Shown here: positions 38,901-48,106 of the stretch, in pieces
How the letters are laid out: every line of letters begins with the position of its first letter
Position numbering within the stretch: the stretch's first letter is position 1
The notes under the pieces: model-generated
The model's database searches: none
Told to the model about the DNA's origin: nothing
Seen by the model: only the letters and a program-made list of their open reading frames with translations
Made by a program: the position numbers and the translations under genes
IMG/VR virus record: IMGVR_UViG_3300009506_000012
Coordinates: 18,164-82,163 of that record
Source: a virus
Direction: 5' to 3' (one strand)
DNA length: 64,000 bases

Positions 38901-40092
38901 AAGGCGCATCGGTAGAAATTCGCGCGCGATTCTAAGCCTGGATGGAGAGATAACCTGTTATTGGTTTATGGGCTCCGGTGGGCAGCACGATACTACGGTG
39001 AAAGATTTGATTGAGTCTACCTGTGCGATCAGCGGCACAAAAGCCTTGTTCCCTGGTGACTTCTACGATAGTCAGATTGATGTGAATGGGTCAGAAGTAG
39101 AATTTTTCAACGATGCTTATGGTGAGGGCTTTGACCTTGAATTCGATCTCAGCGCTCCGGAAACCTTTGAGATCCGGACGAACGTCAGGATTGTTCCGGA
39201 CAACTATGACAACAGCACAGAAATAGAATCGGATACTGGTACAAAGTTGGTTTGCACTGACCTGGGCAGCGGTAGCTTCAGCATCTCGTTAGTTTCCACG
39301 CCTTCAGATACGGTCATGTACACGTTTGTATATTCGAACGGAAATGCTTTCCAACACTACAGGATCTTGTATTATGAAAACAATATTAGTGTATATCACA
39401 ATTATCGCTGGGTGGCTTCTATTGCGCTGGATGAACTGGACTATAACCAGACAGGTTCTGTCACAGTTAACGGATATTCTTCTTCTCTGGTGAGCTTCCT
39501 GGATGTTTACATCCGTGACTTAAGTGATTGGCGCGAAGCAATCTACATTGATCTTGAAACAGACGGTGCGGCAGCAATCGGCTCGATCATTCAGGAAAGG
39601 CCGGTTGAGATTGTTCCTAACCCTGATGGAAGTCTTAGCTTCTTCTACGACATGACTAGGCCAAGAGTCACCATGCTTTATACCCCTTTTACCCATGAAC
39701 ACAACAAAAGCATTCCAAGGGACGGTGCTTCAGATGCTATTGTTTATGGATCTGATGATGTCAAGACGATTGTGAATGCAGATTTTGCTAACACCTTTGG
39801 ATTTTCCACTGTCTTGTTACGCTTTCCTAATCTGAATGTGGGTGCAGTAGAGGCTGCCCAGAGAACCCAGATAAAAGCCTTTGAAAGAAAGGATGAACAT
39901 ACCTTTACAGCGCGTATTGATTTCCGTATCATGCCAAGTGACGTGATCGATTATGACTATATAATTTCTGGAACGGGTAGAGCCGTTTCCGGATCTGCTA
40001 TTGTTGAAAGTGCAAATTTTTCAATATCCCAGAACGGAAAGAAGATAAGCGCAAACATGACGGTCAAGGGTAGAGGAGAATACGGTGCCTAA
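35974..40092 (+). CDS. large tail tip / baseplate hub protein
   Basis: 1372 aa; RVKLYSGY..KFGTYIID and ER.VEIVPNPDGSL Tal-like segments; inserted lectin-like domains. Confidence 0.7.
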   Translation: MSRSITGTMSAALANDHAVGPLARAEVFPSLVSFEALTRDNAVSGADTNPASDDPMRQDIIYNATAGLVTFYADGTLKYALDGDSSPVSTVESSSIKPGVYGNKLYVLVGSSIYRRSINWSQVTSKNTNPFSADATLSPSNTIVAIHGISETECVAIGDDDGGFSIAYFTGTTEIVCSSRFMFPSSIDWDGSDRTMESLGLFSTAFRLGNRIFVYISNASSGMVQGVFYDLDTQVWSDVFVALPTDLDVSLCEFRIANSFVRNNVGYMVGQLIRTDIYETDQPYTLILSTDDGRNFDISRFSFVANLGYRFLGTVGTDNNLYLGNCNRICQEPSTWVFDGDDDSTSPMTDIPMSDILSVEFNADDMTLTLKSGNEAVLENTHFSEGSRVKLYSGYKTSSGDEYIKFGTYIIDSQGLKFADGDRGYTARCVHEGQWKLQGLSMPFYAEILGLSSMYDPMTEESGDLYAAPNNNLTEEHFYIDFWNSEPYANASEGITGHDIMNTGVGTCNTTASHKVGFITKELSIVLSTSGNPKITGTTLNVKIYGWSRPNPSGLNDVVNLVLVTCDEDGKNEETVITADTKRWKTTYPTAVAGEDPITLAVSGMTVDRYIKKVGLVFEQTNGAISCPGRVEFVDNVEVPVSLSLSNTPWERTGEGTFKIPAAGQPFIMFSQKPYNAFNFFLTSLFENTVTGGISGYPVAVGLIGLAEDASNFIVARYDKVTDKAQLVLVRNGLETELANAAPGWSMGDLQGMQFSHQDGHFEIKMYNESTETYSTVLTYDWGAADGFMFTSRTVTRKCGIYGAIMAPSVKLIAYDGSSQEDTTTADGMPIDPLGDITDFPSSGDLYVEGNIYSYTGKISHPAYIPGPHQLRNTGKVNAPYGIGKPGVECYLFDWNGSTSAYNGKLIALDNGKNFISIGSQWHIYITTGGKKIWLRNRSRHYSENTQLVGASGTTATRVWPGLGGFSGVSLKSGTPRRIGRNSRAILSLDGEITCYWFMGSGGQHDTTVKDLIESTCAISGTKALFPGDFYDSQIDVNGSEVEFFNDAYGEGFDLEFDLSAPETFEIRTNVRIVPDNYDNSTEIESDTGTKLVCTDLGSGSFSISLVSTPSDTVMYTFVYSNGNAFQHYRILYYENNISVYHNYRWVASIALDELDYNQTGSVTVNGYSSSLVSFLDVYIRDLSDWREAIYIDLETDGAAAIGSIIQERPVEIVPNPDGSLSFFYDMTRPRVTMLYTPFTHEHNKSIPRDGASDAIVYGSDDVKTIVNADFANTFGFSTVLLRFPNLNVGAVEAAQRTQIKAFERKDEHTFTARIDFRIMPSDVIDYDYIISGTGRAVSGSAIVESANFSISQNGKKISANMTVKGRGEYGA

Positions 40093-42391
40093 AAAGAATA
40101 CATCGCTAAGTCGTAAGATCAATGACAGCATCAAGCAAGGAAAGCTCATGCCAGCCGTGGTCGTGGACGTATTCAATAAACGTGCGACTATTCAGCTTTC
40201 AGGAAATGGCGCACTACTTCATAACCTGCGTGTGATTGGCGGGCCAGTAGATAAACTGCAAAAAGTAGATGTAGACTTCACGACCCCGGAACCGACTGTG
40301 GTGGCGATCAGCAAAGAATGGGTGACTAGCGATGAACTCGAGAAAGCACTGAAGGCGCTTACCGCAGACAGTATCGAGCAGAAGTTGCGCTTCGATATTG
40401 TTCTTTTTTCCGGAGGTGGCGCACAGGACCAATACCCCCCAACCGCCGAAGGCCTCTCGAGCGCAGTTGATGCTGCCGGCAACGGGGATGTCATTTTTCT
40501 TCCGGATGTTGATATTGAGATCGACCTGACAATTCCTGAATATGTGACCTTGCGAGGAGTGAGCAAGCGGCAATCTATTATTCGTGGAAGCATCACCTTC
40601 AGCTCCGGGGTATCTTTTGAAAACCTGTGTTTGCTTCAGGGAAGGTTCACCAGTGAAGAAGTCGTAGGAATTACAGTCCCGGCTGTCACAAGTAAAACCT
40701 TCATCCGTCATTGTGAGATACATGGCTATAACTGCTCAGATGGGAACGCGGTAGCGGTTGACCTGGCGGCTGGTGCCAAGTTAGAGATCGAGCATTCCGT
40801 AGTGATCGGTGACGCGGCCAATGCAAGCGCCTGGGCTGTTCGCGGTGTAGCTGGAAGCACGTGCAGAATCAGTAATGGACAGGTGTTTGGAAAAACTGAT
40901 GTGTATACCGGTACAGGGATTTATGAATATTCAAACCTTGAATTTGAAAGCGAGATTGCAAGAGGTTGTATTGTTAGTGGGGAATTAAGGAACGGGGCCT
41001 CTGTCTCTAATTCGGTATACAACACTCTGGTTCCTGCGGGTGCTATTCTGGATCCAAGTGGTATTGTGACAGAACCTTATTTCAAGGAAATTTACGATAG
41101 TGTTCTCAATCTGTATGTTGGAGGCACACCTGTTCTTCGCGTGGGAGACTACATTTATTTCATCGATATGGATGGGTTTGCAGGTTCAAACGGGCAAGTC
41201 ATAGTTACTGAATATGATATCGTCAATGATACTTCTAAGAGTCTCAACGCAGGGACTTACTATACTCTTACGGGCAGGGATATAATCTGTGCTGGGGACA
41301 ACAGGAAAATCTATGCCGCTTTCAGATCTACCTTCAGCACAGTCGAAATTGATGTGATCGAGTGTGATTTTGAAAATGATACAGTTACCAATATAAAAAC
41401 ATGGGAAGATGGAGATGAACCAGGGTTCTACGACAACCCACGGGGCATCTACTGCCTTCAAGATACTTCGGGCAATTTGCATCTTGTCCTGTTTGGACAG
41501 TGGGAAAACACAAACAACACAAATGTGAACACGATAACCTGCTCCGGTGTTTACATCCGTCATTATGATTTTGCGGCTGATGCCTGGGTGACTAAAACAC
41601 TTGAATACAATTCTAACTATTATGGGATAAGTGCAAACTGGTATTTTCCTCCTGGCATGTGGGAAGATAAATTCCTTCTTTTTCCAACCCCGTCAACATT
41701 CGTTGCTGAGGATGCCGCTGGCAACGATCTGAATAACAATTACGATATACCTCCTGATGGACTATACGTGATGAGTGTTCCCATCTATGACATCAAAAAC
41801 AAAACATTCACACAACTCTATAGAGAGGTCACAGGCACTGATGACTGGACAGGCCAACCAAGTCTTGATATCGCAGCTGTCAGTCCTGCCACGGGTGAAG
41901 TCATCATAGGCTGGCAAAATGGCGATGGAAGCAACACCTATGATTCAGTCCATATATACAGGTGGGATATTGATACCGGCAACATCACTCACATTCATGA
42001 GACTGCTGATACTGGTACCCTAAGTTTCATGAACTCTGACACCGAACTCTATATTTTTGAATACACCAGCTACAGTCCTTATGTCGGTATTCTTAGAAAA
42101 GCCTCTGACTGGTCAATTCTCAGCTCTAATTTTTCGGTATCTCCTTTTGGGGTACGTATTGTGGATGATCAGGACCGGTTCTGGAGATATGATGAGACTA
42201 CTGAAAAGGTATTTGGCACCAAGGTCACAGATGATAGCGATCAAATATCTTTTGATGCACCTAAAAGTTTATTGTCTGACGGACAGGCTCAAGATTATTT
42301 CTTTATTCTTCTCATGGGTGACTGTATTGCAATCTGGATAAAAGAAGGCATATCTACTACTAATAGAGTACATATCTGGTTGGTGAAATGA
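40085..42391 (+). CDS. tail spike / fibre (beta-helix plus propeller-like)
   Basis: AVDAAGNGDVIFLP..YVTLRG beta-helix start, then a beta-rich C-terminus. Confidence 0.65.
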   Translation: MPKKNTSLSRKINDSIKQGKLMPAVVVDVFNKRATIQLSGNGALLHNLRVIGGPVDKLQKVDVDFTTPEPTVVAISKEWVTSDELEKALKALTADSIEQKLRFDIVLFSGGGAQDQYPPTAEGLSSAVDAAGNGDVIFLPDVDIEIDLTIPEYVTLRGVSKRQSIIRGSITFSSGVSFENLCLLQGRFTSEEVVGITVPAVTSKTFIRHCEIHGYNCSDGNAVAVDLAAGAKLEIEHSVVIGDAANASAWAVRGVAGSTCRISNGQVFGKTDVYTGTGIYEYSNLEFESEIARGCIVSGELRNGASVSNSVYNTLVPAGAILDPSGIVTEPYFKEIYDSVLNLYVGGTPVLRVGDYIYFIDMDGFAGSNGQVIVTEYDIVNDTSKSLNAGTYYTLTGRDIICAGDNRKIYAAFRSTFSTVEIDVIECDFENDTVTNIKTWEDGDEPGFYDNPRGIYCLQDTSGNLHLVLFGQWENTNNTNVNTITCSGVYIRHYDFAADAWVTKTLEYNSNYYGISANWYFPPGMWEDKFLLFPTPSTFVAEDAAGNDLNNNYDIPPDGLYVMSVPIYDIKNKTFTQLYREVTGTDDWTGQPSLDIAAVSPATGEVIIGWQNGDGSNTYDSVHIYRWDIDTGNITHIHETADTGTLSFMNSDTELYIFEYTSYSPYVGILRKASDWSILSSNFSVSPFGVRIVDDQDRFWRYDETTEKVFGTKVTDDSDQISFDAPKSLLSDGQAQDYFFILLMGDCIAIWIKEGISTTNRVHIWLVK

Positions 42392-42960
42392 TGGCCGCAA
42401 TTCCGCTGAAAGGTGATCGGTCTGCTAGAGATGATGTCAACTATCCCTCTCTGCATTCCAAAGGAATAGAGGATGGAAATCAAACTATCCATCTTCCTCC
42501 TGGGACAAGTGTAGGTGACATAGCTTATTGGGATGGAACCAAATGGACAACTCAACCTCTGACAGGCAGTCAAGGAGTCGTCCCACCTATCATGACCCTT
42601 GGCACCTATGAAGGATCCATACAGGTTGCTACCTCACCACTTGGAATTTACAACCGCTATGGGGAAAGCCGTGAGATCATAGAAGTCTTTTTATCCGTGT
42701 CTGCCGCTCCGGTCGGAGCAGATATTCTTGTTGATATTCTTGTCGGAGGTGCTTCTATCTTTGGAGCAACCAAAGCCACTCTTGCAGCTGGTCAAACTAC
42801 TGGTGTGATTACATCTTTCCTGGATCCTGTTTGGTTAGCCAACAGTAAGTTGGTTTGGGACATTACTCAAGTTGGTTCAAGCACACCTGGTTCCGACCTG
42901 GTTGTTCATATTCTGCATGAGAAATATTCAGTGCCTGGCTCTGGAGGCTCGGGTTCATGA
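42388..42960 (+). CDS. minor tail protein
   Basis: GDIAYWDGTKW, APVGADILVDI, DITQVGSSTPGSDL; ends GSGGSGS. Confidence 0.7.
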   Translation: MMAAIPLKGDRSARDDVNYPSLHSKGIEDGNQTIHLPPGTSVGDIAYWDGTKWTTQPLTGSQGVVPPIMTLGTYEGSIQVATSPLGIYNRYGESREIIEVFLSVSAAPVGADILVDILVGGASIFGATKATLAAGQTTGVITSFLDPVWLANSKLVWDITQVGSSTPGSDLVVHILHEKYSVPGSGGSGS

Positions 42961-44015
42961 CTAGACTCATTACTGATGATCTTGAATCTGGTTCTGGGAC
43001 TTGGGATAGCAGTACAAGCGCATCTGTTGTTACAGCTCCCGTTGCTCACGGGACATATGCAGTTAGACTTGGATCATATGGACAGGCACGATGGCTGAGT
43101 CTTACACTCACCGAAGCCTATACCCGTTTTTATTTCATGACAGATGATCATTCTAATTTGTATATGATCACAGGAATGAAAGCCAGTGCTACTATGGTAG
43201 CGAATTTAAGACGAGATGGAAGCACCAAAAAGTTACGCTATTATTTAGCAAACACTTTGAAACAAACAGGAAGCATTGATATCGAGCCGGGTACGTGGTA
43301 CCTGATTGAAACTTATTTTCTTGAAGCCTCTAGTGGTGGACGTTATGTTGTAAAAGTGAATGGGGTAACAGATATTGATTACACCGGAGATACAAAAGGA
43401 CCTTACGGGAATTGCACCGAATTCAACGTAGGAAAATACGATGTAGGGATTATCTATCACTATTTTGATGACATCGCAGTCAATGATCCGAACGGGGGTT
43501 CAGATGATTCCTGGATAGGCAATTATCCTGGTATCAACTTACTGAAAACGTTCGAGGGTATGACCCTGGCGGGGACTGGAACGGTACCTACAAGTGCGAC
43601 ATTAGACAAAACTCTTGGCAACATGACAGTTGCAGGAACTGCCGATATTGTTGTTTCAGGCGATCTTGATAAGTCCTTTGAGAACATGACCGTTTCAGGC
43701 AGCACTGAAACCTTCATTACAGCCTCACTGTCCAAGACTTTTGAGAACATGTTCACCGCAAGCCGTTCTCTGAATTCTGCTGGAAAGCGTTCCAGTGCGT
43801 TACAGTATCTAAAACCTTATATGATTGTTGGTGTGCTTCCGGATAATTACATTTCAAGTGAAGATCGAGCCCATGTTCTCGGTTATTATTCTCTTGTAGT
43901 AGACAACTTGCAAATAAACGCATCTCTAACAATAATTTTTGATGACTTTGTATTGGACGGGCTTATCCTTGCTCGAGAGGGCCGGGTCTGGGGACCGGCG
44001 ATACAGGCAGGCTAA
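42957..44015 (+). CDS. tail protein with ConA/laminin-G-like domain and 20-aa repeats
   Basis: GTWYLIE..VKVNG..YFDDIAVND, then LxKTFENMxxxG repeats. Confidence 0.65.
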   Translation: MTRLITDDLESGSGTWDSSTSASVVTAPVAHGTYAVRLGSYGQARWLSLTLTEAYTRFYFMTDDHSNLYMITGMKASATMVANLRRDGSTKKLRYYLANTLKQTGSIDIEPGTWYLIETYFLEASSGGRYVVKVNGVTDIDYTGDTKGPYGNCTEFNVGKYDVGIIYHYFDDIAVNDPNGGSDDSWIGNYPGINLLKTFEGMTLAGTGTVPTSATLDKTLGNMTVAGTADIVVSGDLDKSFENMTVSGSTETFITASLSKTFENMFTASRSLNSAGKRSSALQYLKPYMIVGVLPDNYISSEDRAHVLGYYSLVVDNLQINASLTIIFDDFVLDGLILAREGRVWGPAIQAG

Positions 44016-44716
44016 TGGCAAATTTCACTCATCTTGGTTCTATGTCAAACATCTCGTGGACAACTAACTTGACCATAGCAATATACCTGTCAGTTGATTT
44101 CGCCTGGCCTTTATGGATATTGAATATTATTGTCGATAATCCAGCTGGAAGAAATTCTCCCGATACACCTGTTTGGAATACTGGCTATACCAGTGATCCA
44201 TTTACCGATTGCGGTCAGGGAGTTGTTAGCTCCGGAGGAGAGTTAGCCATTGAACAATGGTATATCCAATATCCAACAGTGGTGAATAATCGCGCATTAT
44301 CTTTTCACAATTACAACCAGGACAATGTTGGTGTGTTTTATTCACGCTTTGACATCGATACCGCTTTTGAAAGTTGTCAGCTCGAGGATTCTGGAAGCGG
44401 TTCAGGAACGGGTGCAGATCCATCTGTGGCAACTGCGAGTCTATCTGCAAATTCCCTGCTTTATGGACTTCTTGGTTCCGGATACAGAAATGCACCTGTT
44501 ACGGGTTCCGGATTTACTATGCTGGCTGAAGATGATGCCGGTCAATACGGTGCAGGTATCGAATATATGATTGATACTGGGGCAGCTGGCTCGAAGAATG
44601 TTGGTTGGACACAAAGCGCTGACGATTGGGCCGCGATTTACACGGCCTTTGAGGTTACGGCTGGTGGTATAGCGGTTCCTGTAATGACAGACTTGGCCAG
44701 GCAGAGGAGAAACTAA
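44015..44716 (+). CDS. virion structural protein
   Basis: Beta-sandwich-like, G/S/T-rich, in the tail cluster. Confidence 0.55.
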   Translation: MANFTHLGSMSNISWTTNLTIAIYLSVDFAWPLWILNIIVDNPAGRNSPDTPVWNTGYTSDPFTDCGQGVVSSGGELAIEQWYIQYPTVVNNRALSFHNYNQDNVGVFYSRFDIDTAFESCQLEDSGSGSGTGADPSVATASLSANSLLYGLLGSGYRNAPVTGSGFTMLAEDDAGQYGAGIEYMIDTGAAGSKNVGWTQSADDWAAIYTAFEVTAGGIAVPVMTDLARQRRN

Positions 44717-45502
44717 ATGCGATTCCTGCGAAAGAACACAGCGGTTATTATTACAGTAGGACCGTTTCTAGATCCAGCCGATGGGGTTACTCCGGAAACA
44801 GCTCTAACTGTCACAAACTGCCATTTGACCATGATGCTTGATGACGATGATGGTTCAGCACCCAACCTGATTGTTGACACAGCTCCAACAGCTTCAGGAG
44901 GGGATAATGACATGGTTCACATTACCGGTGATGATGCCGGTTTCTATTCTCTCGAACTGACTGCCGCTCAGACCAACTACAATGGACGTGTCATCCTGGC
45001 CATTACAGATGCCGCCAATCATGTTCCAGTATGGCATGAATTCACCATCTTGCCTGGTGTGGTGTACGATTCGATTGTAAGCGGCTCCGATTATCTTCAG
45101 GTTGACACGCTTCAGATTGAGGGTACGGACGCAACCGATCAGCTGGATGCGCATGACGGCAACCCTCTTGATGCTGCTGGCGTCCGAAGCGCTGTTGGCC
45201 TGGCTTCTGCCAATCTTGATACCCAGCTTGATGCAATTCCAACTGCTTCAGAGATCAATGCTGAGGTTGTTGATGTATTGAAAACAGACACATCCACATT
45301 ACCCGGACAAGAATCCCCGTCTGCTACTCCGACCATTGAGGAAATGATCACCTGGCTGTATAAGTTTTTGCGCAACAAGAGTACGCAATCAGGTACCCAG
45401 ATGAGTGTTTACAATGATGCTGGTGATACAGTCGATCACAAGGCAACTGTTGGAGATGATGGGACGACATTTACACGTGGTGAAATACAAACTGGGCCAT
45501 AA
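44717..45502 (+). CDS. virion structural protein
   Basis: GPFLD..DGVTPET and VRSAVGLASANLDTQL motifs seen in tail appendage proteins. Confidence 0.6.
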   Translation: MRFLRKNTAVIITVGPFLDPADGVTPETALTVTNCHLTMMLDDDDGSAPNLIVDTAPTASGGDNDMVHITGDDAGFYSLELTAAQTNYNGRVILAITDAANHVPVWHEFTILPGVVYDSIVSGSDYLQVDTLQIEGTDATDQLDAHDGNPLDAAGVRSAVGLASANLDTQLDAIPTASEINAEVVDVLKTDTSTLPGQESPSATPTIEEMITWLYKFLRNKSTQSGTQMSVYNDAGDTVDHKATVGDDGTTFTRGEIQTGP

Positions 45503-45588
45503 AATCACAAAACATTTATAATAGATATGTACATCCAACATAAACCAGACAGAACTGAATACTTCTTTTTTATAAAAGTGAGGTCGAA

Positions 45589-45999
45589 ATGACTATTCAA
45601 CTGTCTACCGCCGTTCGAAATGCAAAACTGGATGCTGTGGAATCTACTATTGGTGCTTCTGCTATCATGAAAATCTTTGATAGTGGTGGTTCTCCTCCGG
45701 CCAACTGCGCTGCCGCTGATGTTGGAACTGTACTGGCCACCATCAACCTTCCTGCTGACTGGATGGCCGCAGCTGCTTCAGGGGCAAAAGCAAAATCAGG
45801 AACATGGGAAGATACAAGTGCTGACAATGCCGGTGACGCAGATTACTTCCGTATCTATGACAATGGTGAAACAGCCTGTGGTATGCAAGGTTCTGCTGGT
45901 GACCTGGGTACCGAAGATCTTGTTTTGGATAATGCTACTATCGCTGCTGGTCAGCAAATCACGGTCACAGGATTTACCTGGACTGAAGGCAACGCATAA
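45589..45999 (+). CDS. virion structural protein
   Basis: STAVRNAKLD, GDADYFRI, LVLDNATIAAGQ motifs. Confidence 0.7.
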   Translation: MTIQLSTAVRNAKLDAVESTIGASAIMKIFDSGGSPPANCAAADVGTVLATINLPADWMAAAASGAKAKSGTWEDTSADNAGDADYFRIYDNGETACGMQGSAGDLGTEDLVLDNATIAAGQQITVTGFTWTEGNA

Positions 46000-46002
46000 A
46001 AC

Positions 46003-46029
46003 TAGGGGGGTGAGAATCCCCCTAATTTT
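46003..46029 (+). terminator. intrinsic terminator
   Basis: TAGGGGG/CCCCCTA stem followed by ATTTT. Confidence 0.55.
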
Positions 46030-46031
46030 AT

Positions 46032-47804
46032 ATGTCTATCTCAATAACTAATCTCACAAGTGGCGATGGAGGGGCATCTCCGAATACTACTGCATCTATT
46101 TCCCCGACAAACGGGGCGGTTGTTTTTGCGTGGGTGGTTTGGGCGGTCAATACTTCGCATTCGGTCGTTTCTGATAGTGCTTCCGGTTGTGGGTTGACGT
46201 GGACGAAAGTTTCCGATTTTATTTGGGGAGTACGAAGGCGAGCATTTCTCTATGTTGGAACAGGCACGCCTTCAAGCGGTCAATTGACATTCAGCTTTGT
46301 TCCATCTGGAGGAACGGTTCAAGATTGCTTATGGATTGTGGATGAAGCAACGGGGTTAGATGCAACTACGCCGTATGGAAATGTTTATGACGCTGCGCAC
46401 GCGACCGATACTAATGTTTCCATTTCTATTGCAGAATCTCCGAATGCAGGTGATTTTGTTTGGTCGGCGATGGCTTGTGAAACGTTGAGTAGCACGATCA
46501 GCATCAACTCGGAATTAACAAATTTGACCGCAACCGTTGAAACGGGCGACAATGTAAGGAATATTGGGGCGGGATATGATTCATCTCCCGATTCAACTCC
46601 CACCCCTTCTTTCGATTACACGCCCGCAGGTTACTCGGGGATTGTTGCTTTAATTTTGAATGTCGCGTCTGCACCTGCTGTAGCTGTAGATCAGGAAGGA
46701 TTTCGGTTTCGTGATGATGATGGCTCTGAAAGCACAGCAAGTTGGAAAGCTGCTCAAGATACCGATGTTGTCATAGGCACAAATGAGCAATTCAGATTGC
46801 GTGAACTGCTCAATGCTACCGGCAATCCTGATTCTGCTCAATATCAGATTGAAGCACAACGACTGCTCAAAATCCTGGCTCATCCTGCTCAAGCTGACTG
46901 GTCACTGGAATCTACCAGCGCCATTGTGCCCGGCACGACCGGCGCATGGGATGATGCCCTGTGGATGTCTCGGCCTGGACCATTGATAAAGATCGGAAGT
47001 ACCTATTTCCTTTATTACACAGGCGCATTGTATGATGATGGGTATGGGGATGGAACATTCAGAGCTATTGGAGTATGTACTTCTACCGATGGTGTGAACT
47101 TCACCAAATACGCTGGTAATCCAATCATCACCTATACCACTACTGGATTTACAGAAATCGAAGAAGGCGCCTCAATTCCAACGATCTATATTGATCGAAC
47201 TGGAACACTCCACATGTGGTATGGAGCCTCTAAATATTATGATGTTGATCAGGTTGATGTAGATATCCGTTATCGAAAATCATTGGACGGCTATAACTGG
47301 ACTAATGACACATTAGTGCATGCTGCAACTGGAACCGAATACATTCCGACTTCACCTATGATTTGTGGCAACCAATGGAATCTATATGTCCTTGGACCAC
47401 TTACTTCAGGATATGGTGCTTTAGGTAGATTGTACGGATCATCCCCAACAGATATGCCAACTTATGAATTGATTAATGCAAGTAATTGGCGCTTCGGTGG
47501 CTCAGTAAACTTTTTGCAGGGTCGAGATTTGTATATGCTCGGGTTAACTGCATCAACTAATTTGTATAACTATCAAACTAGAACACTAGATTGTAATGAT
47601 CCATCTACAATTAGCAATCTTGTAGAGAGTGGTGGATTTGATCCTTATTACGGGCCAAATATCAACCTGGATCTTGACAATGAATTGTGGAGGATGTTTG
47701 TTCTTTCAGTAACTGGTGATGCGTATGATGGACATATACGGCAATACACCGCACCGTTTTCATGGACTGACCAAGAGGCTCTCGAGTGGCTGAAGATCCA
47801 GTAG
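46032..47804 (+). CDS. tail appendage protein with glycoside-hydrolase-like five-bladed propeller (GH32/43/130-like)
   Basis: GAWDD, YFLYYTG, IGVCTSTDGVNFTKYAGNPII, SLDGYNW Asp-box-like repeats. Confidence 0.7.
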   Translation: MSISITNLTSGDGGASPNTTASISPTNGAVVFAWVVWAVNTSHSVVSDSASGCGLTWTKVSDFIWGVRRRAFLYVGTGTPSSGQLTFSFVPSGGTVQDCLWIVDEATGLDATTPYGNVYDAAHATDTNVSISIAESPNAGDFVWSAMACETLSSTISINSELTNLTATVETGDNVRNIGAGYDSSPDSTPTPSFDYTPAGYSGIVALILNVASAPAVAVDQEGFRFRDDDGSESTASWKAAQDTDVVIGTNEQFRLRELLNATGNPDSAQYQIEAQRLLKILAHPAQADWSLESTSAIVPGTTGAWDDALWMSRPGPLIKIGSTYFLYYTGALYDDGYGDGTFRAIGVCTSTDGVNFTKYAGNPIITYTTTGFTEIEEGASIPTIYIDRTGTLHMWYGASKYYDVDQVDVDIRYRKSLDGYNWTNDTLVHAATGTEYIPTSPMICGNQWNLYVLGPLTSGYGALGRLYGSSPTDMPTYELINASNWRFGGSVNFLQGRDLYMLGLTASTNLYNYQTRTLDCNDPSTISNLVESGGFDPYYGPNINLDLDNELWRMFVLSVTGDAYDGHIRQYTAPFSWTDQEALEWLKIQ

Positions 47805-48106
47805 TGAAATGGCGTATCTATTATGAGAATGGAACCACGTTTAGCGATTTAGATGGTGACTTCTTCGATGCACCCACTTATGGTGTGTTGGCAATAGCCT
47901 GTGATGATGGAGAATGGATAAATGGGGACATCACGGGCTTACTTCAATATCTTCAAAAACTCGGTATCGTGAAAATCGGGATCCATTCTGATAATTCAGT
48001 TTACAACCAGGTTCTTCACAAAGCCAGGCATGATAAGGACCTCAATGCAGACAGGGTAATTCTCGAGGGCGAGACTTACTACATGTTCAAAGGACCGCTT
48101 AGATGA
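47786..48106 (+). CDS. hypothetical protein
   Basis: KWRIYY.NG.TF..APTYGV; in the tail cluster. Confidence 0.6.
   Translation: MAEDPVVKWRIYYENGTTFSDLDGDFFDAPTYGVLAIACDDGEWINGDITGLLQYLQKLGIVKIGIHSDNSVYNQVLHKARHDKDLNADRVILEGETYYMFKGPLR

Noticed and set aside
47208-47221. CTCCAC-AT-GTGGTA, and GTCCAT-CT-GTGGAG near 28795, as additional palindrome copies
   Set aside because: Two mismatches each and inside coding sequence; compatible with chance.
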